From Octopus sinensis (taxonomy: Eukaryota): a stretch of 64,000 nucleotides of DNA. Position numbers and translations under genes: made by a program. The notes beneath the pieces were generated by a model. It was given only the letters and a program-made list of their open reading frames with translations, did no database searches and was not told the DNA's origin. Below, one piece after another: positions 25,211 through 38,480 of this stretch; the stretch's first letter is position 1, and each line of letters begins with the position of its first letter. The DNA is taken from assembly GCF_006345805.1 (NCBI RefSeq), contig NC_042997.1, forward strand, positions 67,766,001-67,830,000. The letters run 5' to 3'.

Positions 25211-26524
25211 TAGAATGTTTTTAGTATTTTAGGGAGGCTACAAGATAATGGTGCATCGAAAGGCAGAACCTTCCGTCCAAATTCTTGTAGCAGAATAAAT
25301 TTCGCTAAAGGCATATATGGGACAAGTAGTGGTGATAAACAGAGTGGCGTGATGCATTTACTACCCAGACAAAATTATAACAGGACTATATTATAAGAAT
25401 AATGACCCAAATACAAAGAGTCAATAAACAGGTATATCGTGCCATTGCTTTACAACGATTGTTCCTTCATTTAGATTGTAATTCGAGGAAATTTCTGTAT
25501 TGAGGATAAGGCAAGACTGAGCTGCCTACCTGATAACTGACTGACATTTGCATTGAAGTGGGTTCGTGGTCAAGACAGTTAAGCAACGTCAACATTATAC
25601 AAGTGATGAATGCTTTGATAGGTGACAGTGTTGGGTTGAAATCCAGTAATAAGTATTATTAGATGGGAACGAGGGCATCCTTAGGCGTTCGCTTGATCTG
25701 CTAGAAATAGTAACCGTATTTCCTCAAATCACACCCATCGTCTTAAAACAAGAGGGAAGCATGGCGAATTTCAATCCTAACTATACAAAAAGGAATATAC
25801 AGAAGGCTGGAAAACCTTTGATTATGGGTCTACTTAATTAGGATTGAGCTGGGGCTAAACAATAATAACAACTAGAAGAGTAGCTATATCCAACAGAGTT
25901 GGTCTCATTTAGAATCGGTTTGTTGATTAGACCCAGGTCAGCGTTAATCGAACAGACCTGGTCAAAAGCATTTCAGCATGATTATCCGAATTTCTTAAGA
26001 TAGCTGGTAAAATTGGGATATTTGGCTACTATTTCTAGCAGTAAATGCTCTTTTTAAAATTGATATCGGGCTCGAAGTCACGGTATAGTTGGCATAAATA
26101 GTATTTGGTTGACAGCAATCTTCTATACAAAATTGAATATGTCAGTTTATTAATTAAAATGTTTAATCGTGTTCATGACAGTCGGCAGAAGTACGCAGTT
26201 GACCGCGTTTATAAAATATCGGACACCGGACCAAAGAAGTCGCCAATTTGTATCATGTCACCGCTAAAACCACCTGTCTTCAAAGCATTTATTACGAAAT
26301 GGCTACAGCGCATCATGGCAAGCAGAAGCAAAATTATAATTAGCAAATAGATTCATTAATTTGAAAACAGTGCATTCACTTCTCTTTTCAGTGTAGAGTA
26401 GGCAACAAGAAGCCACTTTAGGTTATTAGTTAGTACGTTGATAAACTCACTATCCATTCTCTTCCTTGATTACTGTGCTAAGATGCACACTACACCGGAT
26501 AAAATGAAGATAAACCAAAGATAT

Positions 26525-26689
26525 TCGTTTCTTTTCTACTCTAGGTGCAAGGCTGAAATTTTGGGGGAGGGGGCCAGTCGATTAGATCGACATCAGTACG
26601 CAGCTGGTACGTAATTTATCGACCCCGAAAGGATGAAAGGCAAAGTCGACCTCGGCGGAATTTAAACTCAGACCAAAGATATTGCGCTT
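26525..26689 (-). mobile_element. SINE family A, 5'-truncated
   Basis: ATCGACCCCGAAAGGATGAAAGGCAAAGTCGACCTCGGCGGAATTT is the reverse complement of the family A body. Confidence 0.85.
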
Positions 26690-27114
26690 TGACTGAGTTT
26701 GACTCGTCCAACTCCGATCATCATTTAGAAACTGTAAGTGCACAGGAACACAATAGATTGGAACAAAAATTAAGACACAGCAACCTCTAAGACAAACCAT
26801 GAGGTACGCAATATAGTTTTGTAGTATGCATGACATTATATTAAGTGTTTGACCAATTAATTAAGTGTAGGACCGCCGAGTGTGGTGGTGGACCCCTGAT
26901 GGGCAGGATTCATGAATAGAGCTCCTAATGAGGATCAAAGGAGTGAAATCCCCGTCGAAGCATTATCGTATTTTTTGCAATATTTCAACTTTAAATACAT
27001 TATTAAGAGTTACTTTAACGACTTCATTAATGTACAGTCGAGAAGACTCACAAGTAAACGAAATATACTTTGTTACTTTTCTAAAGCAACTGTTTTTATC
27101 ATTTCCCCGAAGTA

Positions 27115-27560
27115 AGGCGGTGAGCTTGCAGAATCGTTACCGCACCAAAGAAAATGCTTAGCAGTATTTCTTAGCGGATCCTAAGGCGGCGAGCTGGCAG
27201 AAACGTTAGCACGCCGGGCGAAATGCTTTGCAGTATTTCGACTGGCGCTACGTTCTGAGTTCAAATTCTGCCGAGGTCGACTTTGCCTTTCATCCTTTCA
27301 GGGTCGATAAATTAAGTACCAGTTACGCACTGGGGTCGATATAATCGACTTAATCCGTTTGTCTGTCCTTGTTTGTCCCCTCTGTGTTTAGCCCCTTGTG
27401 GGTAGTAAAGAAATAAGTATTTCTTAGCGGATCCTTACGTTCTGAATTCTAATGCTGCCGAGGTCGACTTTGCCTCATTTCGGGGAAGGGGCAGGCGATA
27501 AAATAAGTAAAAAATGAGCAATTGGGGTTGATGTTATCGAAATATCCGTCCCCTCAAAAT
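27115..27560 (+). mobile_element. Nested SINE A: young copy (27183-27415) inside an older copy, with 20-bp TSD
   Basis: AGTATTTCTTAGCGGATCCT at 27163-27182 and 27416-27435 flanks a complete inner copy. Confidence 0.88.
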
Positions 27561-27649
27561 TTCCGGCTTTGTGCTAAAATTTGAAGCAGTTATTTCACTT
27601 AAGTCAATTCTCCTAGGAAGTTTTTTTTTCAATATAAAGTATGACCTGC

Positions 27650-28670
27650 TCATTCAGTCTCTTCTGTGTTATCGTGTATCTCAAGAAGGCTATGCTGAGC
27701 TTTAATTTCAGCAGATGCTACTATAACTAGCAACATTGCATATTCAGAATGCAATACATGCGCTTGGAAAAATCTAATGTAACTTGTACATCTTTATTGT
27801 GTTTAAAAGTTGATATGGCCTCCATATTTTCACCGAAATTTGATGCATGCATTATCTTAAATACGTCATTTCCTTTTGCATTGATCCTGTGAGGAGTTGT
27901 CTTTGCATTTATTCTTACGTATGCGAAGTCATGTTTCTCTTCTCATATGCTTCGATATTGTTACAAAACGTAAAACAATGTTAAAGGTATTTGCACCTTC
28001 AATCTGCTTTGACATTCTTGCAAAACAGCAAATCATTGGCAATAAAGAAGAGATGCCGTTTGGATTCAGATAGAGGCTTAGCAGACTTTCTCTTCTGGTT
28101 CAGCATCGCACTTAATAGCACTAAGTCCTATCTTTCTATTTTTATAGGGGTCGGAGTGCAATTTAGGTTTCTCAGAAGCTCGACCAGTCTTGTATCATTT
28201 AAATTTTTGATTGTTTGTCTGCCTCATAGATCCTTCAAGATCGTCCAAGAGCGACTCCAGATTTAAGACCATTACATTTATTGTCACATTTTTGTCTGTT
28301 GATTCGAATCATTTCTTCGATCTGTTTGGAAATCAACATCGATGAAATAAGAATGTGAAGGAAGGATGACACAAATTTGAGTGCAACATTGACTTAATTA
28401 TTGTTGTTTTTTGTATGTTTCTTTAGCATAAGCCGTTTTGCTGCAAGAAGAGCAGCAAATTGTTCACACTTCGTATTTCTGTCCAAATGACACCTAAAAA
28501 AAGTGTGAAGCGACTCATCCAACTGCTTATTGAAAGTAGTTCAGCACTGAGGACAAAAAGAAAATAAATTGCGAAGTAAATATTTTTCTTTTTAACAAAT
28601 GTAGTGAACAGTAAGTACATAATGGCTCGGACATGGGTAGACAGAATCACATATGGGGAATTAAACCACA
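27650..28670 (-). pseudogene. Highly degenerate hAT-like transposase remnant
   Basis: Frameshifted TH(C)PSH CxxH-like motif near 28630, and LLVIVASAE...TQKRLNE resembling the hAT dimerisation domain near 27650-27735. Confidence 0.45.
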
Positions 28671-29961
28671 TGTCTGCTATAAATAGACAGCACAGCTGTA
28701 ATGAACAAATAAGCTAACCAGATGCCGAGTATCTTTCTTAGTTTATTAGATTTTATTTGTACAAGCGAGAAGTAAATATATTCATTTTGGTTTTTATTCG
28801 AAACATTGAGAATCTTGAAAAGAAGTATTCTTTTAAAGAAGCTCGATATATTTCTCAGGTTGTTTTCTATTTATTGATAGCTTTATTTTATTTGAGCTTC
28901 TTTAAAAAAAAGACTTGTCAACTTTGTCAATGTTCAAAAAAAAAAAAATAAGAAAACACAGAGAAAAAGAAACTCAAACAAATTTTTTCCCCTTTGTTCG
29001 TAAAGAGAACATTTCAGAAAGTAGTTAATGGTCATTCTGAAAGTAATGGCTTGTACCTGCTGTTCCGCCTCCTGTAAGCACTTGGTTCAATTCGCATAGG
29101 AGAGGCAAATGTCTTTCTTTTTCTACCTAAGTGGTATATTTATCCGAAATATTTTTGTTATCTATTTATTAATAGCTTTATTTGCAGGCCCTGGTTGAAC
29201 ACACCTCTGTCTCATAGATATACTCAGTCAGGACATGACGCTACCCAATAGTAACAACATATATTCACTCTTTGTAAAATAAGAACATATATTCACTCTT
29301 CGTAAAAACTTGTTTTTGCTTAGTGGCAGGTCAAACCTGATCAAGCGGACTGATGACCAAAAGCGTGCAAGACGCGATTATCCTGTTTGGTTTTTGGTAA
29401 TGCATTCTTTAGTTAAATTATAGTTCAGTCTTCTTTAGGTAGAAAGTATGTAGTCTGAGAGACTTGTTTTCGCTATTTCAAGCAGCTAAACAACTGCGTA
29501 GAAACTTCCTTACTGGCTCATCGGAAAATGAGATAAATTCATGGTAATGAGGAAAGGTGAGCTCTAACATTCCCAGAGTTATTTGAGGAAATGAGAAAAG
29601 TGTTGGAAGACTGTGATTGAAGGTGGAATGTAAGAAAAAATTAGGTGGAAAAGGAGATGACCATATATAAAATAAGTGATCAACGGTGTCTCACTTACAA
29701 AGCAAAGTTTAGAAAGAAATGACAGAATTAAATGAAGAAAAATATAATCGAAGCGGGAAAGAGGGAGGTAGAATGTTAAAAGAAGCTGTATGTATACGTA
29801 CAACGACGCATGAAGGTGTTTATACATATACATACATACATACATACATACATACGCAACCAAGGAAGGGAGAATTAAAGAGCTTAAGAAACAAATGGTG
29901 ATTATTAGTATGACATACAGCACTGATACAGGTATATACATAAATATATATACATGCACAA

Positions 29962-30010
<49 letters not shown>

Positions 30011-30465
30011 TAAATACATGTAATGGTGCTTCAGTTTACACACACACATACACACACGTATATATGCATAGGTATAAACATACATACTCACACTCACACA
30101 GATACATTCACTAAAAAGACACACTTACACACTCTCACACACACACGTATATGTGCATAGATATAAATACCCTCCACAGATACGTGTACTTAAAAGGCAC
30201 ACATACACATACACATACAGGTGCACAAAGATACGTGCACACACGCAGATACACACACAAAGCAGTAGGCGGTTGAAAGAGGAAATGGTTAGGGAAAGGC
30301 CTGAGGAGAAAGTGGAGTAAACTGACAAAAATAAGGTGATTGAGTGAGTTGGAAATAATGAATCGATATACGATGCGTATAAAACAACGTAGAAACCAAG
30401 GTGTATACACCTAAGCACACGTCGGTACAAAAGAGGAAAGCCAAGCACTACGGATTAAAAGACTC

Positions 30466-30612
30466 TTCTTCTTCTTCTTCTTCTTCTTCTTCTTCTTCTT
30501 CTTCTTCTTCTTCTTCTTCTTCTTTTCTTCTTCTTCTTCTTCTTCTTCTTCTTCTTCTTCTTCTTCTTCTTCTTCTTTCTTCTTCTCTTCTTCTTCTTCT
30601 TCTTCTTCTTCT
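30466..30612. repeat. (CTT)n microsatellite
   Basis: Direct reading. Confidence 0.97.
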
Positions 30613-30844
30613 TTCCAGAGGTGAATTATCCAAACTCCCAAGTATTCCTCTAAACACATGACTATGATGCTCCCCACGACTTCTGTTCGTGATCGTCAGC
30701 CACAAGGGAAAATGCTCAACTGGTATTGAGCAGAATATTTGTTGTAGCCCATCTTTTATACCAAGACAAAACAGTTTAGATGAAAACACTTCCAATCAGT
30801 TAAGATGAGAAACCACGAGAACCACTACCTGGTACTGCATCAGG

Positions 30845-30846
<2 letters not shown>
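30613..30846 (-). mobile_element. Family E repeat, 5' part
   Basis: Reverse complement matches 5516-5770 (CTTAACTGATTGGAAGT, AAATATTCTGCTCAATACC, GGAGCATCATAG). Abuts (AAT)n on its own strand. Confidence 0.8.
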
Positions 30847-30923
<77 letters not shown>

Positions 30924-30927
30924 AAAA

Positions 30928-31369
30928 GGCAGTGAGCTGGCAGAATCGTTAGAACGCCGGGCGAAGTGCTTAGCGGTATCTTGTATATCTTTACGTTCTG
31001 AGTTCAAATTCCGCCGAGGTCGACTTGGCCTTTCATCCTTTCGGGGTTGATAAATTAAGTACCAGTTGAGTACTGGGGTTAATTTAATCGACTAGTCCCT
31101 TCTCCATAAATTTCAGGCCTTGTGTCTATAGTAGAAAAGATTATTATTATAATTAAAAGCGATGATCTGGCATAATCGCTAACAAGGCGGAAAAAATGCT
31201 TAGCAGTATTTCGCCCGTCTTTACGTTCTGAGTTCAAATTACGCCTAGGTAGATTTTGTATTTCCTCCTTTCGCGATCGTGAAAGTAAGTACCAGCTGAA
31301 CGTTGGGGTCGATGTAATCAACTTACCTCTTCCTTCCAAAAATCAAGCCTTGTGCCTATAATAGAAAGG

Positions 31370-31370
<1 letters not shown>
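30928..31370 (+). mobile_element. Two tandem SINE A copies (30928-31137 and ~31157-31370) with (TAT)n tails
   Basis: Each has the GAGCTGGCAGAATCGTTAG-type head, GAGTTCAAATT and CCTTGTG.CTATA.TAGAAA end. Confidence 0.85.
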
Positions 31371-31423
<53 letters not shown>

Positions 31424-31425
<2 letters not shown>

Positions 31426-31518
31426 GCGAGAGAGCAGCGCATGCCATCAAAGTGGCACGGGTACAAATATACGAAGTTCAATATACCAATCATGATTACT
31501 TGTCTGATAAGAGTACAT
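31424..31518 (-). mobile_element. Family E repeat, 3' end
   Basis: Reverse complement of 5945-6040. Followed by (AAT)n on its own strand. Confidence 0.75.
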
Positions 31519-31579
31519 CAGTTCTGTCTAAATGTGTTAATGCAGATTTTGTCCAATCTAAAAAAGGTGATGAAAAATG

Positions 31580-31750
31580 CCTTAGGAATGAGAACCCAAT
31601 GTCGAAATTTCCCCAAGACACCTGATGAAGGCTGGAGGGTACATCAGCCGAAACGTTGTGTTAACAACAAACAAGATGAGGACAAATATCCGTCAATTGT
31701 AAATACTGTAAATAATGTACATAATTCCTCATCTCTTAAATATAAAACTG
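31580..31750 (+). mobile_element. Penelope pseudo-LTR-like tail, second copy
   Basis: Collinear with 6156-6317. Confidence 0.75.
31617..31662 (+). ncRNA. Minimal type I hammerhead-ribozyme-like motif with intact core
   Basis: Stem I GACAC(31617-21)/GTGTT(31658-62), CTGATGA (31622-28), extra A, stem II GGCTG/CAGCC with 10-nt loop, GAAA (31650-53), palindromic AACGTT stem III, GUU triplet. Confidence 0.65.
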
Positions 31751-32136
31751 TTTCTTTCACAAATTTCTTTATCATCTTAATCTATGCCGTTTGAAACGCC
31801 ATGGAGAGGTTTATTAGGGAAGGATATGAGTGAATATTTAAAAGTATTTGCAGCGCGTAAGATGTTTGTAAGCAATTCCAGAACAATAAAAACTGTTACT
31901 TTCACTGCAACATTTAAATTTCATTTGTGTCTAAATATTTTCGTTCTTTGAAACCGTGACAAAACTCTGACAAAAATTCGTGCATCTGTTTTGTCAGTGA
32001 ACAAGTCTCGGTTTCAAATCGGCGAAAAAGTTGAGACTGAAATGAGATTTAAATGTTGCAATGAAACTAACGGTTTGTGTGTGTGTGTGTTCTTGAATGA
32101 CTTACGACACCTTATATATGTACATATAAGTAATTA

Positions 32137-32225
32137 TGTATGTATGTATGTATGTATGTATGTATGTATGTATGTATGTATGTATGTATGTATGTATGTA
32201 TGTATGTATGTATGTATGTATGTAT
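32137..32225. repeat. (TATG)n microsatellite
   Basis: Direct reading. Confidence 0.97.
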
Positions 32226-32242
32226 GCATGTGTATATATATA

Positions 32243-33083
32243 ATAAAATACAAAATGGGACAAGAACGCAAAACATCTGGACAACTAGGTGATACAAAAG
32301 GGGACAACAAAACATCCAGATAGACGATACAAAAAAACACGGACGGGTCATTCGAAGCCTTTTATCTTCAGTCAAGAACCGGATCATCCTCGCAATTTCG
32401 GCTGATTAATCTGGAGATTGCTCCAATCTGGCCAGCCCCAAGGAAAAACTAAGCTAAGAGCATTAGATTCCTTGGAAAATAGCATCGAGTGTATACGAAA
32501 CAAGGACGGAAAAACAGACGATGTTACACGAATATAAATACAAAAATACAATAAAAAACAGCAATAATAATAATAACAGGACATAACAACAGGCGTCTTT
32601 CGACTGGGGGCGAATTGAATTCAGCTGGCGTGTATGGAAATGAAGCCTTACGGCAGAGGGAAGAATGTCGATGAGGCAGTGACCACAGTCGAACGTAAAA
32701 GGGCTAGCAGTCGGCCAACGGTCACGTGAGAAGAAAAGAGAGAGAAAAAGAGGAACAAAGGAAGTAAGAAAGGCAAGGATGTTTTGTTGTCCCCTTTTGT
32801 ATCACCTAGTTGTAGGGAGAGAGTTTCTCCCCACTCTCTCTCACATTTCTTTGCCTTTCTTATTCACTTTGCACTTCACTATATCCCTGTCTCTCTTTTT
32901 TTCTCGCCACTCCTTGATTCTTCCGTCTATCTACTTCTACACACACACACACACTCTCTCTCTCTCTCTCTCTCTCTCTCGCTCTCGCTCTCTCGCTCTC
33001 GCTCTCTCGCTCTCGCTCTCTCTCTTCTCTCCTCCTTAATTCCTTTGTTTCTCTTTTTCTGTCTCTTTTCTTCTCACGTGACC
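32243..33083 (-). mobile_element. Non-coding PLE-like (pseudo-LTR) element with inverted segments, related to 45239-46413
   Basis: Shares TCTTCAGTCAAGAACCGGATCATC..AATTTCGGCTGATTAATC and AAAAACTAAGCT with 45331-45422. 36-bp and 22-bp inverted duplications. Confidence 0.6.
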
Positions 33084-33104
33084 ATGTTTCTAAGCAAGTA
33101 TTGG

Positions 33105-33325
33105 ATGAGTGTTATACTGGTTTCAAATTTTGGCACAAATCCTGCAATTTCTTGTTAGGGGTAAGTCGATTGCATTGGTCCCAGTACGTAGCTGGTACTT
33201 ATTTACTCGACTCCGAAAGGCTGAAAGGCAAAGTCGACCTCGGCGGAATTTCAACGCAGAACGTAAAGGCGGACGAAATGCCGCTAAGCATTTTATCTGG
33301 CGCAGTAGTGATTCCGCCAGTTAAC
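33105..33325 (-). mobile_element. SINE family A, full length
   Basis: Reverse complement of the family A pattern. Confidence 0.85.
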
Positions 33326-34479
33326 CACCTTAAATAAGTGTTATATTGATTCTTTGAAAAAATCCTTTCATACAGGGTCGTCTTAGCAACACTGACCCCA
33401 GGACAAATCAATGTATTAGGTTTTGTAATATTTATTGACAGTAACGCATAAATCTATGTATGCTCTGGCACACATAGATCAGAACTGGGTCCTAGTCGCG
33501 TGAGGCTCCCTGGCAATCGTCTAGTATACGCATGGCTTAAGACGGCACTGAATCCATAGATATTGGGTAAACTTGAAACCCGCATAAAATAATAACAATG
33601 CTGATAGCAAATTCCCCCTCGAGGGTCTCGTGTGTTCCATAGATCCGAGAGAGTGTTACCGTCAGGATGTTCTTGGCTAACGGTGATCCACAGTACCTAG
33701 GCCCGTCGCCAAGATATCAGCCCCATTATCCGACTATTCTGCAGAGGACCATACAACTCGCCCTGAAGAACCCTCAACCTGTTACGACACCGACCAGGAG
33801 AAACCAGACGAAAGCAGTAATAGTAAATTCAGTTAATTTTGTTGATTATCACTGAGTTCGCTTCAGTCCCAAAGCTAATAACTCATTTCTTCTCTTCAGT
33901 ATATCTATTTGATATTACTATAAAGCAATGGAAAACGATACTACCGCCACCAGCAGTAGCCGCAATAGCAAAAAAAAAAAAAAAAAAAAAGATAGGAAAA
34001 AAGAAAAAGAGGGAAAGGTAGTGAGATCGGTGGGTGTATTTGTCAATGTAGAACGTGTCTAAGGCGCCTCTATTTGATTTTGCTAGCCTAAAGAATGAAC
34101 TTATCCTGAAAAGTTAATTGAATTTTAACGACTTGTTGGACGGAAAATTGTGTGCCATTATGTCAAGTGTTAGAAAAAAATAACCCGAATTCTTATAAGA
34201 TTGATTTCACTAAAACTTAGTTTTATGTTTTTCACATTTTTTCCCTTAACAATTCGGAGTAATAAAAAAAAAAGTCATGCTTTTTAATTAAATTTTCTGC
34301 GAAAGAAAGGTATGTATGTATGCATGCATGCATGCGTGCAAGCACGTATGTATGTATGTATGTATGTATGTATGTATGTATGTATGTATGTATGTATGTA
34401 TGTGTATGCATGTAACTATTGATTTATATATATATTTAAATCTCTATATGTACACACACATACATATGTGTGTGTATAT

Positions 34480-34531
<52 letters not shown>

Positions 34532-34580
34532 TGACTGTTTATGCATGTACATATATATATATGATTGTATATATATGTAT

Positions 34581-34613
<33 letters not shown>

Positions 34614-35759
34614 TAAATCTCTATATATACACATACATATATATATGCATATGTATGTGTATATATGTCTGAATATATGTATAGATGTGTGTATGTGTAT
34701 GTATGTGTGTGTATGCGTGTGTATGTTTATGTGCGTGTGTATAGTGTGATGTGTGTATATACGCGCATGTGTGTATGTTAGTGCATGTCTTTGTGTGTGT
34801 AATGTAGAACATTCATAAATGCATTACTCCAATATTCTTTTTATATCGAAATTAGTTCCAACTATTGACAGACGCCATTATAAAGGTAATTTTTCTTTGG
34901 GGAATGCATGCAAGAAAAAAAAGTGAAAAACTATTTTTTCTACTGAAGACATAAAGTAAATAATGTTATTGCCAAGAGAGAAACTAATGAAACGATTGCG
35001 TAAGATAATTGATCGAAACTTATCGATCCGTATATTTACTTTCTTCCTGTTTTTCGGTCATTCGTTTTTCTTTCATTATAGCCATTCTGCTGGATCTCCT
35101 CCGACCAAGTTATCTGTATATAGAAACGTGAATTTTCCGTGTGTCCGCTTTTTATTCAGTATCCAGAAAACGGACGTACATACAAAATTGTACGGTTAAT
35201 ACTTAGTAAGAAACCGATTGGTAATATTACATAACACTGTATATATTATAATTACACGTCTCACAGGGAAGGGTTGTATGATACTTATCTTGATGTGTAA
35301 ACAGCAATGGGACATTTTTTAAAATTACGTAATCTTATCGAAACAATCTGACCATTTTGTCATTCAACTATTTTTCTTTCTCAGTTCCCAAGAAGAAGAG
35401 AAAGGATAAAAGAAGGGAAATGTGTAGGATACGAGAGAAAATCAAAGAGAAAGTGGATTAGAGAGATACAGAATAAGAGATACGTGTGAGAGAGAAATCG
35501 ATTGAAAGTGTGTGAGAGAGAGAGTGGGGAGAGGAGTGGTAATTTTGATAATGAGAGAGTTACTGACACGTAGATAAACAGATAGAAAAAGAAGGAAAAT
35601 ATGCTTTCAATCTAGTAGTGTATTCTGGGACCATTGTTGGAGATTCTTGATCACCTAGAATTAATAACCAAATCACATCACTGTAGTTTTTGTATAGACA
35701 AAATGTTTATTATGTTACAACGCAGTTCATGTGGTAGCATGGCTATCAAATCTATAGAT

Positions 35760-37230
35760 ATATTCTATCATGAACATCATCTAGTCGAGCTTGCTCAGGC
35801 ATTTTTAACCTGCACACTCAATCCAGCCCGGGCCTGCATAATGAGAGATCTTCGGGGAGGCATCCAGTGTCTCTGGTGAGTTGATCTACATCCATAGTTT
35901 TCGGACGACCTGCTCGAGTGCGACCATACTTCGGCATCCATAGCAGTAGGTCATTTGTCAGCTCTTGTTTAGTTCACCAGCAATTTCCCGCAAAGTGTAA
36001 GTACTTTTCCCTTATATTGGTGGAAACAGGCTAGGGATTTCCATCCAGCTGTTTCTTGGTGGGATAAGTCCTCCAAGATATGTTTAAAACCGCTCTTAGG
36101 ATTTGGGTGTAAGTTCCATCTAGCTTGGATTCCAGTTGTTTTGGTAAGCGTTCAGGCTGTTGCTCCATATAAAAGGACTGACTCTCCTATTGCATGGAAA
36201 GATTCCTCTTAAGGTTATCCGACAGGGTTGATTTCCAGACGACATTCAGTTTGTTTAGAGCCGATCATGTTTTGACTGCCCGAGTTTCTACATCCTTTTT
36301 AGTTGAGACTATCTCAGACCCTAAATACGTGAAATCATCAACTGATGTTGGTGATGGATTCGCGTTGAGTGTGAGCAACAAATTTGGTTTTACTAGATGT
36401 AGTCCAACATCATGTGCAGCTAATTCTAGACAATGAAGTAATTGGATGGAGTTTGATATTGCGTCAGAGAGCAAGGCTAAATCATCAGCATAGTTTACAT
36501 TGGTTATTTTTTGAGCAGGATGCCCGATCGATCTTCTTTTCGTGAGTGTGAAATCGAGGCTGTTTAGATTGTCAAGTGATGTCCTGAGGGCATAGGCCAG
36601 AGTGATCACAAAGGCGCCAATGTGTACCCCTGGAGTACTCCGGCTCTGATAACAGAGATACTTGTATCTCCATCTGGGTATCGTGCCATTCATTTGGTGT
36701 TGTTATAGAGCATCTGCTTATTTCATTTACTGCCAGTCAGGCTAGTGATGTCTAATTGTTTTCAGCAGTGTATTTGATTAGATTTATTATACTTTGGATG
36801 TAGTTTTGTTGTTGTAATTGATATAAGTCGAATAGTTCTTTCTGTTGCTTTTTGAAATTAGTTTCATTTGAGGTGATTAGATGTATAATTTCAGCTTGAG
36901 TCTCTTCTTTGAGGTTGTTTATCTGGTTTTTTATCTCTTGGTCATCCCAGGGGAGATGTTTATTAGTCTTTTGATTTTATGGGTATGATCTCTTTTGCAA
37001 TTTATGTGTGGGACGCTATAAAATAATTGTATGCTGTGTTGGAGGAGTTTTCTTCATTTTCATTTGTTGTATGGTGTATTGATTGCGGATTTCTCTGTTG
37101 TTGATTAAAACTGATCAGTAATATGCGGGCCTAGAAGCTAATTTGGTTTTCCTAGCTCTGAGGCTAAGGCGAAATTTTGATGTGATAGTTTTGTAGTCGT
37201 TGTTTATTAACTTGTAATCTAGTTGGGCAT
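35760..37230 (-). mobile_element. RTE-clade LINE fossil (RT 3' half and C-terminus; central deletion)
   Basis: FVITLAYALRTS, ITNVNYADDLALL, DDFTYLGSEI, WKSTLSDNLKRNL, LLLWMPKYGRTRAGRPK on the minus strand. Confidence 0.88.
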
Positions 37231-37929
37231 TTCCCTCCGCTACAAATTTGTAGCGGAGGGAATATAGTTAATTAAATTGGATCCAGCATAATTACTAGTT
37301 TTATAGAGCAATTGGTGAGATAAGAGAAAGTCTGCACCGGTCAGATTTTGAATAAGAATGTAAGATGATGTAAAAGAACACTGCAAGATTCTTAATCCGG
37401 TCTAGAAAAAAGTTATTTCTCTAATTCCGTCGGTGGTTGAGAGCCTAAAAGTATCGATTTTTAGGCCACAGTTCACAAACTTTGTTCATGATGCATTAAA
37501 TCGATTTAATGAACTTGATTGTAATTATTAATCGATTCTGAATGATTAAAAGGCAAGTTGACCTCGTAGAATTATGTAATACAATACAGAGAGATATTTA
37601 CTTCAATAACACCACGCTTTTTGCAAATATAAAATTATGTATGGCAAATATTTCATAACTGCACAAGAAAGAATGAAAAAGAGTTGAGTCTATGGAAAAA
37701 TTTAAAATATCTTATAAGGCGTTGGGCGACGATATAAGTTTTCAATATTAATTATAATTAACATATATGTAGATTATATCGTCAGCAGAAAATGTCCGTC
37801 GGGAATTTTCGTATTTTTATTTCAAAATATATTTGTTTTTAAGATGTATTTTTAAAACTAATTCAAAAAAGACGGAGATGGAGTAAACGAAAGGCTTTAG
37901 CGGCCATCTTAGGCTAGAGAGACTGAAGT

Positions 37930-38480
37930 AGTCAATGTTTTGTAGACCATCGAGTGCAGGGGGAAAAAAGTGAGTATTTCAAAGGGTTACAATCCGGGAA
38001 GGAAGGTTTGCGAAATGAAAATATAGTGAAAAGACGACGAAAGGAAGAACGATAGAAGAGCTTGATAGATTCGAGAAACTGAGACTGATAACTAATGGGA
38101 GAAGTGGTGAACAGAGGAGACAGCATGTTTGTGAACCAATGATTATAGAGAACTCAGATATATGAAAACTACTCTAATGTTGGGGATACTCGAGCATTGT
38201 TGGACGAAAGTGCTAAAATATTCTTTTGATTCAGCAGATGAATCCTACGTTTTGGGGGCAAATTATACATGTCCTTCCTCCTCAGCACCATTAGATTGCC
38301 GAACGAACACCGATGGCTCCTTTGAGCAGCTCTTATGTCCTTGCCATAGAATTTTCGTGGAAAACTATAAAGGTGATTCTCCGTTACATTCATTTCAGTT
38401 ATTTCACACGAGAAACCATCGTATTAGCTAAAACAGATGCATTTACCCAGCTTACTTCGGTATTCACAAAGTAAAGAGAT
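37930..38480 (-). mobile_element. CR1/L2-group LINE RT C-terminal fragment
   Basis: ARVSPTLE*FSYI (RPTLEYCSHIW-like) and a preceding W..HI...AAQR-like segment. Confidence 0.55.

Noticed and set aside
26105-26350. Non-repetitive, moderately GC-rich stretch with an 81-aa ORF
   Set aside because: No recognisable motif in any frame. It needs expression or conservation data.
26860-26960. Tc1 transposase C-terminal fragment (GGPT.Y-like) on the minus strand
   Set aside because: Too short and degenerate to support.
33690-33800. LTR end or primer-binding site (TGGCGACG on minus; TGTTACGAC on plus)
   Set aside because: No partner LTR, TSD or adjacent gag/pol sequence could be found.
35040-35113. 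Possible minus-strand internal exon (AG...GT, open frame ITWSEEIQQNGYNERK...)
   Set aside because: Splice-like signals are common by chance, there is no recognisable homology and no partner exons.
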